A stretch of DNA of 63,549 nt, the filler included, from Octopus bimaculoides (lineage: Eukaryota), in NCBI RefSeq assembly GCF_001194135.2. It is 7 parts of 5 records of this genome, joined end to end, with 100 filler letters (N's around TTAATTAATTAA, not from the genome) between each part and the next. Parts side by side here need not be neighbours in the genome. Positions count along the whole stretch, not along the records: positions 36,659 to 42,669 come from NC_068986.1; positions 42,770 to 49,926 come from NC_068982.1; positions 50,027 to 62,170 come from NC_068982.1; 4 more parts are not named here. One strand, given 5' to 3'. Shown piece by piece: positions 38,681-51,694 of this stretch. The notes under the pieces are model-generated. The model saw only the letters and a list, made by a program, of their open reading frames with translations, was not told the DNA's origin and did no database searches. Both the position numbers and the translations under genes were made by a program. Position 1 is the stretch's first letter, and the number at the start of each line of letters is the position of its first letter.

Positions 38681-39934
38681 TAGTGAGTGCGAATATGCTA
38701 AATGAAGGTGAACTATGCAATTTTCTGTAACTCTTTCGATTGTTAAGACACTACAGAGATTTACCTGCTGTTGAAGGATTTTAACTTAGCACTTTCAGAT
38801 AAAGAATTACTCGATAACAGTACAGTACAAACGCGAAGTACAGACGTAATACAAATTATCATTAAAAATAAATCATGAGCTATATAATCATGAGCCAAGT
38901 GTAGATTATGAAATGCAAAATCAGAATATCTAAACGAGCACGTATGCTCGAGAAGTCGTTTTTGTATATTTATGGATGTATACATTTCAACAAAATGTCA
39001 CAATATTGTGAAAACTTGGAATTTTTAATTGGAATTATGTTACCGCTCTCATCTTTGTTAATCTCATGATCAACACTGATCGGGAAGACCAGACCTATGA
39101 TCAATAGATTTCAAACTGTAACCAACACGTTTCTGATTCAGACTGTGTATGTAGAAATAAATTATCAAATGTGTCGCTTCCTTATTTAATACTATATGAT
39201 GTTATCTGAGAGATATTTCATTCAAGCAGTTCAAGCCAATACATAAAGCCTCCCTCAAAAGTGAGTTTGGATAGCAGAAATAAATTCTTGGTGTCTTTCA
39301 CACGTCATTCATTCCGGCTGTCACTAAGATGCTTTAAAAATATGGACGTTTTCAAATTTTGTTTCCCTGCTTAAGCATAAAAAAATCAATAACGACTTTG
39401 CAAATCGATATATTTTATTTGGTAAAATATATGACCAAATATTTATAAAGATACACAAATAGTGAACTCACATTCCTGCCAAGAATACTAGTGAACATAT
39501 TTAAACCAAGACTACAGTTAAGTTTATCAAAGTTCATAATGGAACCGAGTACTTACCCTATTTCAAAAAAATATATTCAAAAGATAATAATCAGTCGCAA
39601 TGGGGATATCAGCAGGAAAATATTATGAATGGTTTTCTCGTGACCTATATATTACTGGTGCTTATTGACCTTTGTTAGATGCAAAAGCGAAATCGTCTGC
39701 AATTGATCTGAAAGCAGAGATTTGCGGTATTGTACTAAAAAGGCTTAAGGTTACTCTGTGTAGCAATCATTTGTTTCAATGTATAACGAATGTAAGCACC
39801 TCGTTTATTGCAATACAACACAGAAATAAGGTATTGACTGGCTTGTTGGAAACTTCATAACGAACGAGAGTATTGTATGTGTATGGGGGGCTGCGCGCGT
39901 GGGTAGGGGGCGGGGCATGTACCCAGTATGTATG

Positions 39935-40319
39935 CACCTTAGTAACGTCTATACTTGTACCTTTTGGTTGTAAATTGTTAAAAAGCCACCTTAATAATTT
40001 ATCACTTTCACTTTTAGCATTTATGGAATCAGCCTCTAATTCCTACGCTATTTTCTATAAACTGACAAAGTGAGTAAGCTTCAACCCTGGGCAACCGGGT
40101 GAGAGTCCCTGATGAGAAATAATTAAATCCGAAATCATCGATGGTATGGCTCTGTCTCGATTACAGTAGGGAGCCAGTCTCCCATGTTAATAATTAGCTA
40201 TGTGCTTCTCGTGGCAAAGTGTTGTTCTGACTCTCATTTCTCGTAGGACTCGTGCTGAATAGTACTCCTAATCACCTTAGTGACGTCTATACGTGTGCGA
40301 AAAAGCCACCTTAATAATT
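39935..40319 (+). mobile_element. Direct-repeat-bounded ~330-bp unit containing a hammerhead-like motif (retrozyme/pLTR-like)
   Basis: CACCTTAGTRACGTCTATAC at 39935 and 40273; AAAAAGCCACCTTAATAATT at 39980 and 40300. Confidence 0.55.
40102..40153 (+). ncRNA. Type I hammerhead-like motif (stem II decayed)
   Basis: AGAGTCC-CUGAUGA-G...C-GAAA-UCAUCGAUGG-UA/UGGCUCU. Stem I has 6 bp plus a closing C.U mismatch; stem III is palindromic. Confidence 0.5.
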
Positions 40320-40378
40320 GATATATATATATATATATATAAGAAAAGAGGGGGGGTTTCCACGAAGGAAAAAATATA

Positions 40379-40572
40379 GGAAAATTTGTTGTTGAAAATG
40401 CACCTGAATTTGAAAAAACTTGTAATTGTTTTTAAATAGATCTATTTACATACATACCAATACCCCAATGGATATGTATGTATATAAATAAATCTATATG
40501 GTATGTATGCAAATGAATTTATTTATAAACAATTACAAGTTTTTCAAATTCAGGTGCATTTTCAACAAATTT

Positions 40573-40575
<3 letters not shown>
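40379..40575. mobile_element. Fold-back MITE with ~50-bp TIRs
   Basis: GGAAAATTTGTTG(TTG)AAAATGCACCTGAATTTGAAAAA.CTTGTAATTGTTT and its reverse complement. Confidence 0.8.
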
Positions 40576-40617
<42 letters not shown>

Positions 40618-40734
40618 TATATATATGTATGTATATTTGTATTATGTAAGTATGTATATGCACACATGTATATCTAAACATACGTGTGTCTGTTTGTGTG
40701 TCTGTGTGTGTGTGCGTGTTTGTGTGTGTGTGTA

Positions 40735-40784
<50 letters not shown>

Positions 40785-41520
40785 TGGTGACTGCATGTGG
40801 GTGTGCAATGTGTGCGTGTGTGTGTGCGTTAGATATTGTTCCCAAACATCATATCATTTATATTCCACTTCTTTCAGTCATTGGATTACAACCATTAATT
40901 TTAAGTGAAAAACAAAACAGATATAATCACATATTTCTGAAAACAAATGAATTTTAATTGTGCAAACATTTCAAAGTGAGCGAAAGTATATACAACATAT
41001 CTTTTCCCAGTATTTAGAGAGCCCAATTTTAAACGCTTTCTGGTGGAATATGTCCAAAATAAAGAAACGAAGATCAAGTATAATAGAAGATATTTTTTTC
41101 TCTTTTATTTTTCCTTTGTCTTTTACTATTATTCCATACAATTCATTGAAATATTTCCTTTTAAAATAATTATCACTAAAACTTTAGACGAAACACAAGT
41201 TTATATACTTATAAAAGAAGCCTGAAAAACCAGAATTACACACACACACAGATACATGAATACATGGATGGATGCATAAATATATATTTACGTGTGTGCG
41301 TGTGTACGTGCATGTTTGCGTGTCTTTGCATTTATATGTAAGTATCCATGTATATATATCCATGTATATACATTTATCACTATCTTAAAATGCCTAAAAA
41401 ATAACACGTTACGTTACTAAGCAACCTTACGAATATGTTATATATGAATTTACAAACATATTGGCCTCCAGGTGCAAAATCTCTACACATTCACACACAT
41501 ATAACTACATATATATATAT

Positions 41521-41848
41521 ATATGGGAGAATGTACGAAAAAACAACAACAGACGAGGACAGGTGGTGTAAACAACAAAAGGATGTATTAGTATGACGCT
41601 CGGGGATACGGAAAGTCTTTAACGTTTCGAGCTACGCTCTTCAACAGAAAGAATACGGAGACAAGGAGAAAAACACGGAGAAAAAAATTGAATAGTGTTC
41701 AGTCAACGGTCAATCATAGTAATGGCTGACCGGAAGTTAGAAATTTTACACAGGAGAGCTAAGAAAAGGGGGAGATAACAAAGGGGGAGAAAGAACGGTG
41801 ATCGAAGAACGAGGGGCTGTGTGTGTGAGAGATAGAATGCTGGTGATC
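41521..41848 (-). mobile_element. Second hammerhead-bearing (Penelope-like) repeat, 3' part ending in (TA)n
   Basis: Shares sequence with 25134-25232 and 37690-37749. Confidence 0.65.
41617..41651 (-). ncRNA. Minimal type I hammerhead with a CUGUUGA core variant
   Basis: CUUU-CUGUUGA-A-GAGC(GUA)GCUC-GAAAC-GUU/AAAG. All three stems pair. Confidence 0.55.
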
Positions 41849-42247
41849 NNNNNNNNNNNNNNNNNNNNNNNNNNNNNNNNNNNNNNNNNNNNNNNNNNNN
41901 NNNNNNNNNNNNNNNNNNNNNNNNNNNNNNNNNNNNNNNNNNNNNNNNNNNNNNNNNNNNNNNNNNNNNNNNNNNNNNNNNNNNNNNNGGAGGTGGGGAA
42001 GGCATGGGTGGAGTGTGGGTTAGGCTGAGGGTGGGGTAGAGGTAGGGGTATGTTGGTAGGGGTGGTGGTGGGTGTAACGAATTGGATGGGGTGGGGTGGA
42101 AAGGTAGAGTAGGAGTGTGTTGGGGTGTGGTGGGATGAGCTTATGAGGGGGTGGGTTGACGATGAAGGAGGAAAGGGAAAGTGGATGTAAGAGAGGGGGA
42201 AGGTGGGTATGGGAGGGGGAGAAAGAGAGGAAGAGAAAGAGAGTGAG

Positions 42248-42620
42248 AGAGAGGGAAAGAGAGAAGAGAGGGAAAGAGAGAAGAGAGGGAAAGAGAGAAG
42301 AGAGGGAAAGAGAGAAGAGAGGGAAAGAGAGAAGAGAGGGAAAGAGAGAAGAGAGGGAAAGAGAGAAGAGAGTGAAAGAGAGTAAGGGTGGGAGAGTAAG
42401 AGAGTAAGAGTGTAGAGAGTAAGAGTGAGAGAGGGGAGAGTAAGAGAGAAGAGAGTGAGAGAGAGTAAGAGAGAGGAGAGAAAGAGTAGGGGTGAAGAGA
42501 AGTGGGAGTGAAGAGAAATAGGAGTGAAGAGAAGTAGGAATGAAGAGAAGTAGGAAAAGAAGTAGGAAGAGAAGTAGGAGTGAAGAGAAGTTGGAATGAA
42601 GAGAAGTAGGAGTGAAGAGA
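42248..42620 (+). repeat. Purine-rich minisatellites (17-bp GAGAGGGAAAGAGAGAA; 16-bp GAAGAGAAGTAGGAGT)
   Basis: Direct reading. Confidence 0.85.
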
Positions 42621-42770
42621 CGTACAGAGAAGTAGGAGTCGGTGCAGGAGGGGGAGGTGGGGGATGGGANNNNNNNNNNNNNNNNNNNNNNNNNNNNNNN
42701 NNNNNNNNNNNNNTTAATTAATTAANNNNNNNNNNNNNNNNNNNNNNNNNNNNNNNNNNNNNNNNNNNNT

Positions 42771-43994
42771 ATATATCTCATATCAGCAAGGTCTTTCACA
42801 GAGTTTATCATAAGATTCTCTTGAAAAAGCTATCCAACATTGGTGTCTCTGAAAATTTACTACAATGGATCAAGCGTTTCTTGACAGACAGTACCCAGCG
42901 CATTGTAATCGATGAAGTGAAAGTCATGTTGGGCCCGCCAAAGTCTATGTTGGGCCCACTCCTTTTCGTCATTTACATCAATGACATTACTGACATCATC
43001 AATCACAGCAACCTAGGAATCTTTGCAGATGATTCCAAGATCCAGAAGGTCATCAATGAAGTGGGGTAACCAAACATGCCTTGAGTCAGACTAACTAGCT
43101 GACATCCAATGGTCGGAAAAGAATAGTATGCTTCTGAACGAGGACAAATTTGAGTTAATCCACTTCAGAAAAGAGGATAACCTGAAACTCCCATACTCCC
43201 TTACTTCAGGTGAATATCTCATGACATCCAACAACATCAGAGACTTGAGAGTAATTGTGGACAACAAAATAAGCCAAGTCGCTAATTTAAACAGCAAAGT
43301 TGACATGGCTCGTACAATGTGTTCCTGGATTCTCAGAACTTTCCGGTCGAGAGACATCCACACCATTATCCTTCTCTTCTCCACTTTTGCTCGATCCCAC
43401 CTTGAGTACTGGTGTCCACTGTGGTCTACTCACACGAAACAAAATATCATGGAAGTTGAAGCACCTCACAGGTCAATTACAAAAATGATAGATGGCATGA
43501 CAGGCTCAAGCTTTATTCGACTAGAAAAGGTTAGGCTTTATTCGACTAGAAAAGCTTAAGCTTTGTTCTCTCCAACGCCGCCGTGAGCGCTACATCACCC
43601 GCATGATGTGCAAAATACTCCATCAGCATTGCTCAAATTATGTTGGCACCACCTTTAAGATACACCCTAGATTTAGCTTCCGTGCTGTCTGCCCACAACA
43701 TAAATCACACTCGCATCTCATAACAATATGGCACAATCATTTCACTTCAGTTGTCCCCGCTCTCTTTAACATTACACCAAAACACAATAAAGCAGAAGCA
43801 GACCCCATAAAGTTCAAGAAGTCTTTGGACAAATTCCTTCAAGAAATCCCGGATAAATCCCCTACACTCGGATGTCTCCATATACAATAACTCTCTACTA
43901 GAGTGGCCATGTTGTCCGACTCCTAAATTGAACGATTTCGCCAGGTGATGTTATTAAGTTAGACTTGTCGAAACCTATCAAAAAAAAAAAAAAA
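42771..43994 (+). mobile_element. CR1-clade LINE, decayed RT C-terminus, 3' end and poly(A)
   Basis: LGPLLFVIYIND, FADDSK, CSWILRTFRSR, RSHLEY..PLW. Homologous to 22500-23149; A-run at about 43979-43994. Confidence 0.92.
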
Positions 43995-46096
43995 TCAAAG
44001 TAAATAGATATAGATATAGATATAGACATACATATCTTTATACCTTTATGCACTCACAGTGTGTGTCTTTGAATATTTATGTGTATATGTGTATGTAAGC
44101 GTTAGCACATGGTGTTGGTATATATGTATTTACATGCATACTCTCTCTCACACGCAAACACACACACACACACACACATATATATATGTATATACGCACA
44201 AAATACAACATAAGTATATATATATATTTGTATATAAATGTTACGTATGTATATATGTATATTTATATATTTACATACATGTAAATATGTATGTATATTT
44301 ATGCATACAGACAGACAGATAGTTAGATAGCTATAAGCATCAGAGATATTGAGTATGAGAGAAGGAGGAGGTGTGAGAGTGATAGAGAAAAAGAGTGAAT
44401 TTTCTGCAAACGTTGCACTCGCTGCTGGCTATGATTTCTCTTCACTGCACTTTTGTTCTGCACACAGTGATATGAGAAACATTAATATAGTTTATCTAGT
44501 AAATAATAAAAGAAAAAAGAAGAAAAGAATGGCAAATTGCATTCAAAACTTTCTTTCCCTTATATATTTACAGACAAAAGTGAAATCCGGTTTTTGTTAG
44601 ATTCACTTTAGAATAGTATTGATATTTATTGGTTTACTCAAGAAAGTAGAGATGGCCAACTGACTTTGGAAATATCTCAATTACGGCCTTGGGCCATAAA
44701 GCATAATAACAGTATTCGTCGGGTTGAAGTTACAAATCTTTCTGAAGCGTTTATTTCCTGGGAATAATTTGTAATATATTCGGTTATTTTTATTTTATCT
44801 TCTAACATTCTATTTTATTCAATTCCCTCTAGGTGTCATAATGGGTTGACCAGCGAACAAATATTTTATGAGTTTTAGTTTAAAACCCTTTATTCCCTGA
44901 GTCACTGCCGTATTTGAGATCGACTTTTTCGTTAATATTTGCTAGGTATAAATTTTATTGCTTCATGAATTTCATCGGCTATACTCCCACCCCTTAGAAA
45001 ACGTGAACTTAAATATATGGGTAAAAAATATGTTTTATTTTCTTCACAAACAAAGTAATATCATGCACAAAATTTGAAAACATTTGTAAAGTTTTGGAGA
45101 AAAGAAATTTGTTTTGCATCTGTGAATGAAAATGAGGGAATTTACTCACTTATTTTTGATGTACTATATATTATTCGGTATGTACTTAAACTAAAAGGAT
45201 GTTTAGCAAAGTTACCTAAACCGCAAATCCTTTCAATGCCAAATTACAAAAGGAAATGGTTTACCTTTCGCTTGAAATAATGTGAGGAACTATAATAATA
45301 ATATCATTATGCTTTAAGAGATGTCCTTGACTCGTTAATTCTGTAACTGTAGAATGTACTTTAAACAACAAGCTGACTTTCCAGGAAATTAACTTTCAAA
45401 CATCTCAAGCACAAATGTCAAAGATATCCGTAACAGCTCATGCAGAAGTAGACTTATCCTCTGATGATAAATTCAGCATAGCAAAAAGAAACGTATTTGA
45501 ACGTATGAACTGGAATCTTCAAAATGTTAAAGCAAGATAATGTTTGTATGAATTTGGCCATATATTTCTGATGTGAAAGGAGTGTAATATTGCTTGGTGT
45601 GAAGGCACTAACAATAACATTTTCTTTTGATTTATCTCTTTTGTTCGATAAATAGACAGTGTAAGAACCCAATGTTTCAAACAATACTGTCCTCTCTGAA
45701 GTTTCAAAAGCCATCTATTCTTATAGGCCACAAACTTATCATATTTGACGAATGATATTAACTGCTTTTTAAGCAGTTTTTTTCTCTTTTGAAAAGTAGA
45801 CTGCCAGTGATAGTATGCTTTCTTTCTCATTATTCAGCATTAAAATAAATTTGCTATTTTTGGTAAAAGATTCGACAGACTCAGTAGAGCAACGAACAAA
45901 TTATTCTGCAGCATTTAGATTGCTTCTATTTATGCACTGACTTCAGATGTTGTAGTGGTTCGCTTTCCCTTTCATCCTTCGAAATGGATAAAATAATTTG
46001 TAGTTTTCTTCAGTTATCGAGAAAAATCGACAATATATTCCCACTAAATCATTTCTAGCTTTCTACCTATATTATAAATCATTACTTCAATTATTG

Positions 46097-46630
46097 AGAA
46101 TCGTTAGCACGCCGAACAAAATAAACGGTTAGTGGCATTTCTTCCGGCTATACATCTTGAATTCAAATTCCATCCAGACCAACTTTGTCTTTCTACCTTT
46201 CGAGGTTGATAAAATAAATACCTGTTGAACACTGGAGTCGATGTTCTGGGTCAAATGCCACCGGGGTTAATTTAACCTTTCATCCTTTTGGAGTCGATAA
46301 AATAAGTATCAGCTGAAGACTGATATCGGTGTAATCGACTTATCCCCTCCTCTGAACTTGCTGGCCTTGTGCTAGAATTTGAAATCAATATTTTTATTAT
46401 TAAGGTGAAGAGCAAGCAGAGTCGTTTGCACGCCGGGCGAAATGATTATCGGTATTTCGTCCGTCTTCATGTTCTGAATTTAAATTCTGTCGAGGTCGAT
46501 TTTGCCTTTCATCCATTTCGGAGTCGATAAAATAAGTACAATTTAAACACTGGAATCGATATAAGTGACTTACCAAACCCCACCCCACTCCGAAATTTCT
46601 GGCCTTGTGCCAAAAATTGAAACCAACATT
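46097..46630 (+). mobile_element. Three head-to-tail SINE family B copies
   Basis: Repeated GTCGATAAAATAAGTA/GGCCTTGTGC modules at about 46097, 46245 and 46405. Confidence 0.85.
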
Positions 46631-47639
46631 ATAATTATTAGGGTGGCTAGCTGGCAGAATCATATGCACGAGGTTGAATAGCAGTTGAGCCCCTTCTCCC
46701 AAAATTCCTAGTTTGAGCCTACAGATGAAGAAATTATTATTATCATTATTGTTGAAGTTATTAATCATTACTTATGAAGTACATTGGCAACATCCATTTT
46801 TTATCATGATAACAAAATCTGAGAGAAAATGCACAAAATGTGCCGTGATATACATGAGAATATTCTAACAATCATATAAATTCTTGTATTACGCTCTTTG
46901 TTTCTTTATTTCTGGAGATGATTTGTCCATATCATTAAAACTGCGCCCTCAATCATTCTACTTTTTTCGTCATTTATACTGTTGTTTCGTACACACACAC
47001 AGACACACACACACACACACGTACGTTTATATATANNNNNNNNNNNNNNNNNNNNNNNNNNNNNNNNNNNNNNNNNNNNNNNNTATATATGTATTTATGT
47101 ATGTGTATGTAAGTAGGTACATGTGGAAAAATATATTTATATATGTTTTGGTTACAGATATACAGATCTGCTGCATAAAAGTACACATCTAACCGCACAT
47201 AAATACATACACACACATGCGCGCACACGCTTTGTATCCATTTTTTAGACTGCGTTCTGCTGCAATAATATATAGTAGGTTTAGTAGCAATTTGTTGCAG
47301 GTAACGCGGTTTCTTAATACATTGTTTGTGATAATTGCCATTCTTTGATTTCTTATCAGGTTTCATTGAATATATCACTGAACAACGGCATTGCTAACGA
47401 AACCAACCCGTAGTACCTTATTTCTTATTTCATTATTTAACATTATATGATGTGACTTGAGGCGGAGCTAGCTGCTTTTTTCAAGCAAGTTTTGTATTTC
47501 AGAAATTGAGAATTTAACTCATGAAATAGATTTATATGATTAGGGCACGGTGTTAAATATGATCGATAGCAAAAAACTATGTACACGTTTCGGTTTTTGG
47601 TGACCACTATATATATATATATATGTATGTATACGTAGA

Positions 47640-48553
47640 AGAGAAAGTTTTATATTTTTCATCTGGTTTTAATGAAATTTGAGATGTAGGTATATTTTGT
47701 GGTGGTAGAGATTGTAAAGATGCTTATTTAATTCAAAAGTTCTTGAAAATGGCACAAATGCAAATAAGCATTTTCTTAGAGACAATGATTTTGTAGAAAT
47801 TTTACAGGTGATTACAGTTCATATCCATTAGTTAATGCCAGCATGAAGAGTTAAAAGAAAAATCGATAATTGCGCGTGAGCGGAGGATTTTAAGAAATCA
47901 ATAGGCTTTTTGTATGCAATACGCATAAGATTAATATTCTATGCTGCAATTTTTACAGAATCCATCCGATTTTGATGAAATTTGACACTTAGGTAAAGTT
48001 TATGGTCGGGGTGATGTAGTAGGATTAAAATTAAACCGGTGAAGGCAGAAATCGTCAAAATTCACTCACAGTAAAATAATGAACTGATTTTGAAGAAAAT
48101 TGATCCATAAGTAAAATTAATCATTTCGACATATCAAACATTAATTATTCATATAATGTATTGGGATTTAAAAGTCAATGGGATATTTTCATGTAAATGG
48201 TCACATGGAATCTATTTTATGACATAACCTTAACACTTTTCTTCGGATTTTGCTGAGGTTGGACAGACAGACTGATCAATTTTCTACAGAGGGTGGCATT
48301 AAAGGGAGAGAAATAAATAAAAATCACTCTCAACAGGTTGAGGTATACCCAAAAGTTTGACTGCGATTTCAGACGGTCCAGTATATAGGAGTTTGTCGAA
48401 AGCGTTAACCAGGTAAAATTCCCTGCCGAACCAGATATAACATCTTAATGGGTAATAGGTGACACGGGGAACGTAGAATATTTCAATACAAGGTCAGAGG
48501 TGGGCTTAACTTCAACACGGAAAACATGAGCAACACCGTGTCCAACAGCTAGT
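47640..48553 (+). mobile_element. Possible non-autonomous Helitron-type element (5' boundary uncertain)
   Basis: Ends with a hairpin ACACGG/CCGTGT (48515-48541) shortly before CTAG-T (48549-48553). Confidence 0.4.
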
Positions 48554-49511
48554 ATATATATATTACCTGAGGGAGTTGAACAAGTAAAATTCAGGTTACA
48601 TAGGTTTCCCAGCTAGCAGAACTTCGGAAGTAATAATTAGTCAACTACAGATACTCCACTACTCATCAGACCGAAGATACTTAAATAAAGGTTACGTTGT
48701 CGCCAGGGGACACCAAGTTAACTCACAGGAGATTTGGTCAGAACTTCCCACCCCTGCATTCTTGGATTTTACATTTACATATCATTATATATATATATAT
48801 ATAAGTATAGCCAAGTGCGCCAGTGTAAAGTTATTTATATAGGTAGATAGATATATAGATAGACAGATACATACATACATACATACAAACATGCATACAT
48901 ATCACATTTTTTCATTAATTTTTGATCGGATAAAGTAGCTCCCTTATTTCTTATGATACAGGTATTTATAATCAACTAATATTCGACGTTTCTTAGTCCT
49001 GTATTAGCCGTGGAACAGGAGGCGTATGATCAAATCATTCCCAGCCGTAACCAGCGTTTACACTTTATTTTCTTTTGCTTCGTTTTCTTTTGAAGCCGAT
49101 ATGGCTTGAGGGATATATAGCTAATATTACCAGCGTGTTGGAGCCACTGGGACAGCTTACATATTTGACGAGAATTAATATAATTTTGTCAAATAGAGGG
49201 AATATACCAACCAGGAAAATATGTTACCTGTCCATTATTCATTTAATGAAATATATTTGTTACGCTAAATATTAACCAAGTCATTGTAATTGCTTTCATG
49301 TCGTTATCGATGTTCCTATTCTTAACTTCCATCTTGTAGTCTTGCCGGTATATAGATATATAGATATATAAGTTTACACATATACGTATGTATGTATATA
49401 TGTTTATGCATGTGTATATATATATATATGCATATGCATGCATATATATGTATGTGCATATATTTATATGTATGTATAGTGGTTATATGTATGTGTATAT
49501 ATATGTATATG

Positions 49512-49558
<47 letters not shown>

Positions 49559-50073
49559 ATGTGTATATGTATATACATATATATACATATATATATGCAC
49601 ATACGTATATATATATATATATATATATGCAAATACGAAGCTTTATTATGGCAACCGAATAATTGTCATATATATTACAGGCACACACACACACACACAT
49701 ATACATACATACATAAACATATATGGGTCAATGTCTTATAGCAATTGAAGACATATTTACATTGCAGCAATATATGACTTTCAATTGTAGAACTGTTTAA
49801 ACATAACTCATTGAAGATGAGAGAAAATATGTTACTTGATATCTACTCGAATAAGTAACCACAATGACTCTTAGATAAATAGCTATGGTATATTTAATGC
49901 TCGCTAATGACATTTTATGCTACTACNNNNNNNNNNNNNNNNNNNNNNNNNNNNNNNNNNNNNNNNNNNNTTAATTAATTAANNNNNNNNNNNNNNNNNN
50001 NNNNNNNNNNNNNNNNNNNNNNNNNNATATATATATATATATGTATGTATGTATGTATGTATATATTATAAGA

Positions 50074-50369
50074 TTAAAGCTTATAATCGATCATTATGCA
50101 TGGACTTAAAATATCGTCTAATATTGGGGCATATAAGCCCCCAACAGAAAAAAAAGGTAAAATTTGCCATAAGTATGGGACTCAAACACTAACGTTAGCG
50201 TAATGATAGCACACTTAGTGTAATGGTAGCACAGGGTCGTGAATATATAGATGTGTGGGTTCGAATCCGAAGCGTACAGCGAATCCTACTTTTTTCTGTA
50301 GAGGGATTATATGCCCCAATATTAGACTATATATTTAGTGAATGCACAAACATCGCTTATAAGCCTTAA
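50074..50369. mobile_element. TTAA-flanked long-TIR MITE (Kolobok-like) with an internal Pol III-type cassette
   Basis: TTAA at 50074-50077 and 50366-50369. About 75-bp ungapped TIRs starting AG/GG, including 21 identical bases. A-box 50216-50226, B-box 50258-50268, T6 50290-50295. Confidence 0.7.
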
Positions 50370-50455
50370 ACTCATAAAATATCATTATTATTATTATTGT
50401 TGTTTACAGTAGTAAGATCGGCAGCGCTCACCAAATAATCGCAGAAAACATATAT

Positions 50456-50500
<45 letters not shown>

Positions 50501-50891
50501 TACATATATGTAAATATGTAGGTATATGCATACACACACACACATATGTATATACATATATATGTGTATATGTGTATGTGTGTGTATGTAGATGTAAGTG
50601 AGCGCTGAGGGTGCGCGCATGCGCATATCCGGAGAATTTTCAAAATCATAATTTTTTTATTAAGGATTTCTCTTATTAATATGGTAGGACTTTCTGTGGT
50701 GGAGCAATAACGTTTCAAACACCATCAGGCCATAAAGTTTTCAAGCACTTCTAAACCTCATCATCAAGGAGAAGGGGTGGTCTTGAAGTAATATTAATTG
50801 TTAATTTTTTCTGTCTATGTGTGAACGTATGTGTATGAGTGAGCGGGTAAGTGAAAGGGTGGGTATAGCCGAGATTTTTTCAATATATATT

Positions 50892-50925
<34 letters not shown>

Positions 50926-51651
50926 NNNNNNNNNNNNNNNNNNNNNNNNNNNNNNNNNNNNNNNNNNNNNNNNNNNNNNNNNNNNNNNNNNNNNNNNNNN
51001 NNNNNNNNNNNNNNNNNNNNNNNNNNNNNNNNNNNNNNNNNNNNNNNNNNNNNNNNNNNNNNNNNNNNNNNNNNNNNNNNNNNNNNNNNNNNNNNNNNNN
51101 NNNNNNNNNNNNNNNNNNNNNNNNNNNNNNNNNNNNNNNNNNNNNNNNNNNNNNNNNNNNNNNNNNNNNNNNNNNNNNNNNNNNNNNNNNNNNNNNNNNN
51201 NNNNNNNNNNNNNNNNNNNNNNNNNNNNNNNNNNNNNNNNNNNNNNNNNNNNNNNNNNNNNNNNNNNNNNNNNNNNNNNNNNNNNNNNNNNNNNNNNNNN
51301 NNNNNNNNNNNNNNNNNNNNNNNNNNNNNNNNNNNNNNNNNNNNNNNNNNNNNNNNNNNNNNNNNNNNNNNNNNNNNNNNNNNNNNNNNNNNNNNNNNNN
51401 NNNNNNNNNNNNNNNNNNNNNNNNNNNNNNNNNNNNNNNNNNNNNNNNNNNNNNNNNNNNNNNNNNNNNNNNNNNNNNNNNNNNNNNNNNNNNNNNNNNN
51501 NNNNNNNNNNNNNNNNNNNNNNNNNNNNNNNNNNNNNNNNNNNNNNNNNNNNNNNNNNNNNNNNNNNNNNNNNNNNNNNNNNNNNNNNNNNNNNNNNNNN
51601 NNNNNNNNNNNNNNNNNNNNNNNNNNNNNNNNNNNNNNNNNNNNNNNNNNN

Positions 51652-51694
<43 letters not shown>

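Noticed and set aside
42248-42620. CRISPR-like array
   Set aside because: Contiguous low-complexity minisatellite with no unique spacers, in a eukaryotic context.
45461-45496. CTGATGA...GAAACGTA
   Set aside because: No stem II or stem I; likely chance.
45331-45540. Open frames on both strands around 45.3-45.8 kb (also 9.2-9.4, 16.8-17.0, 38.8-38.9 and 58.0-58.1 kb)
   Set aside because: Protein-like but unrecognised; the strand cannot be decided from sequence alone.
50700-50775. Two degenerate hammerhead-like motifs on the minus strand
   Set aside because: The cores are mutated and the stems are absent.
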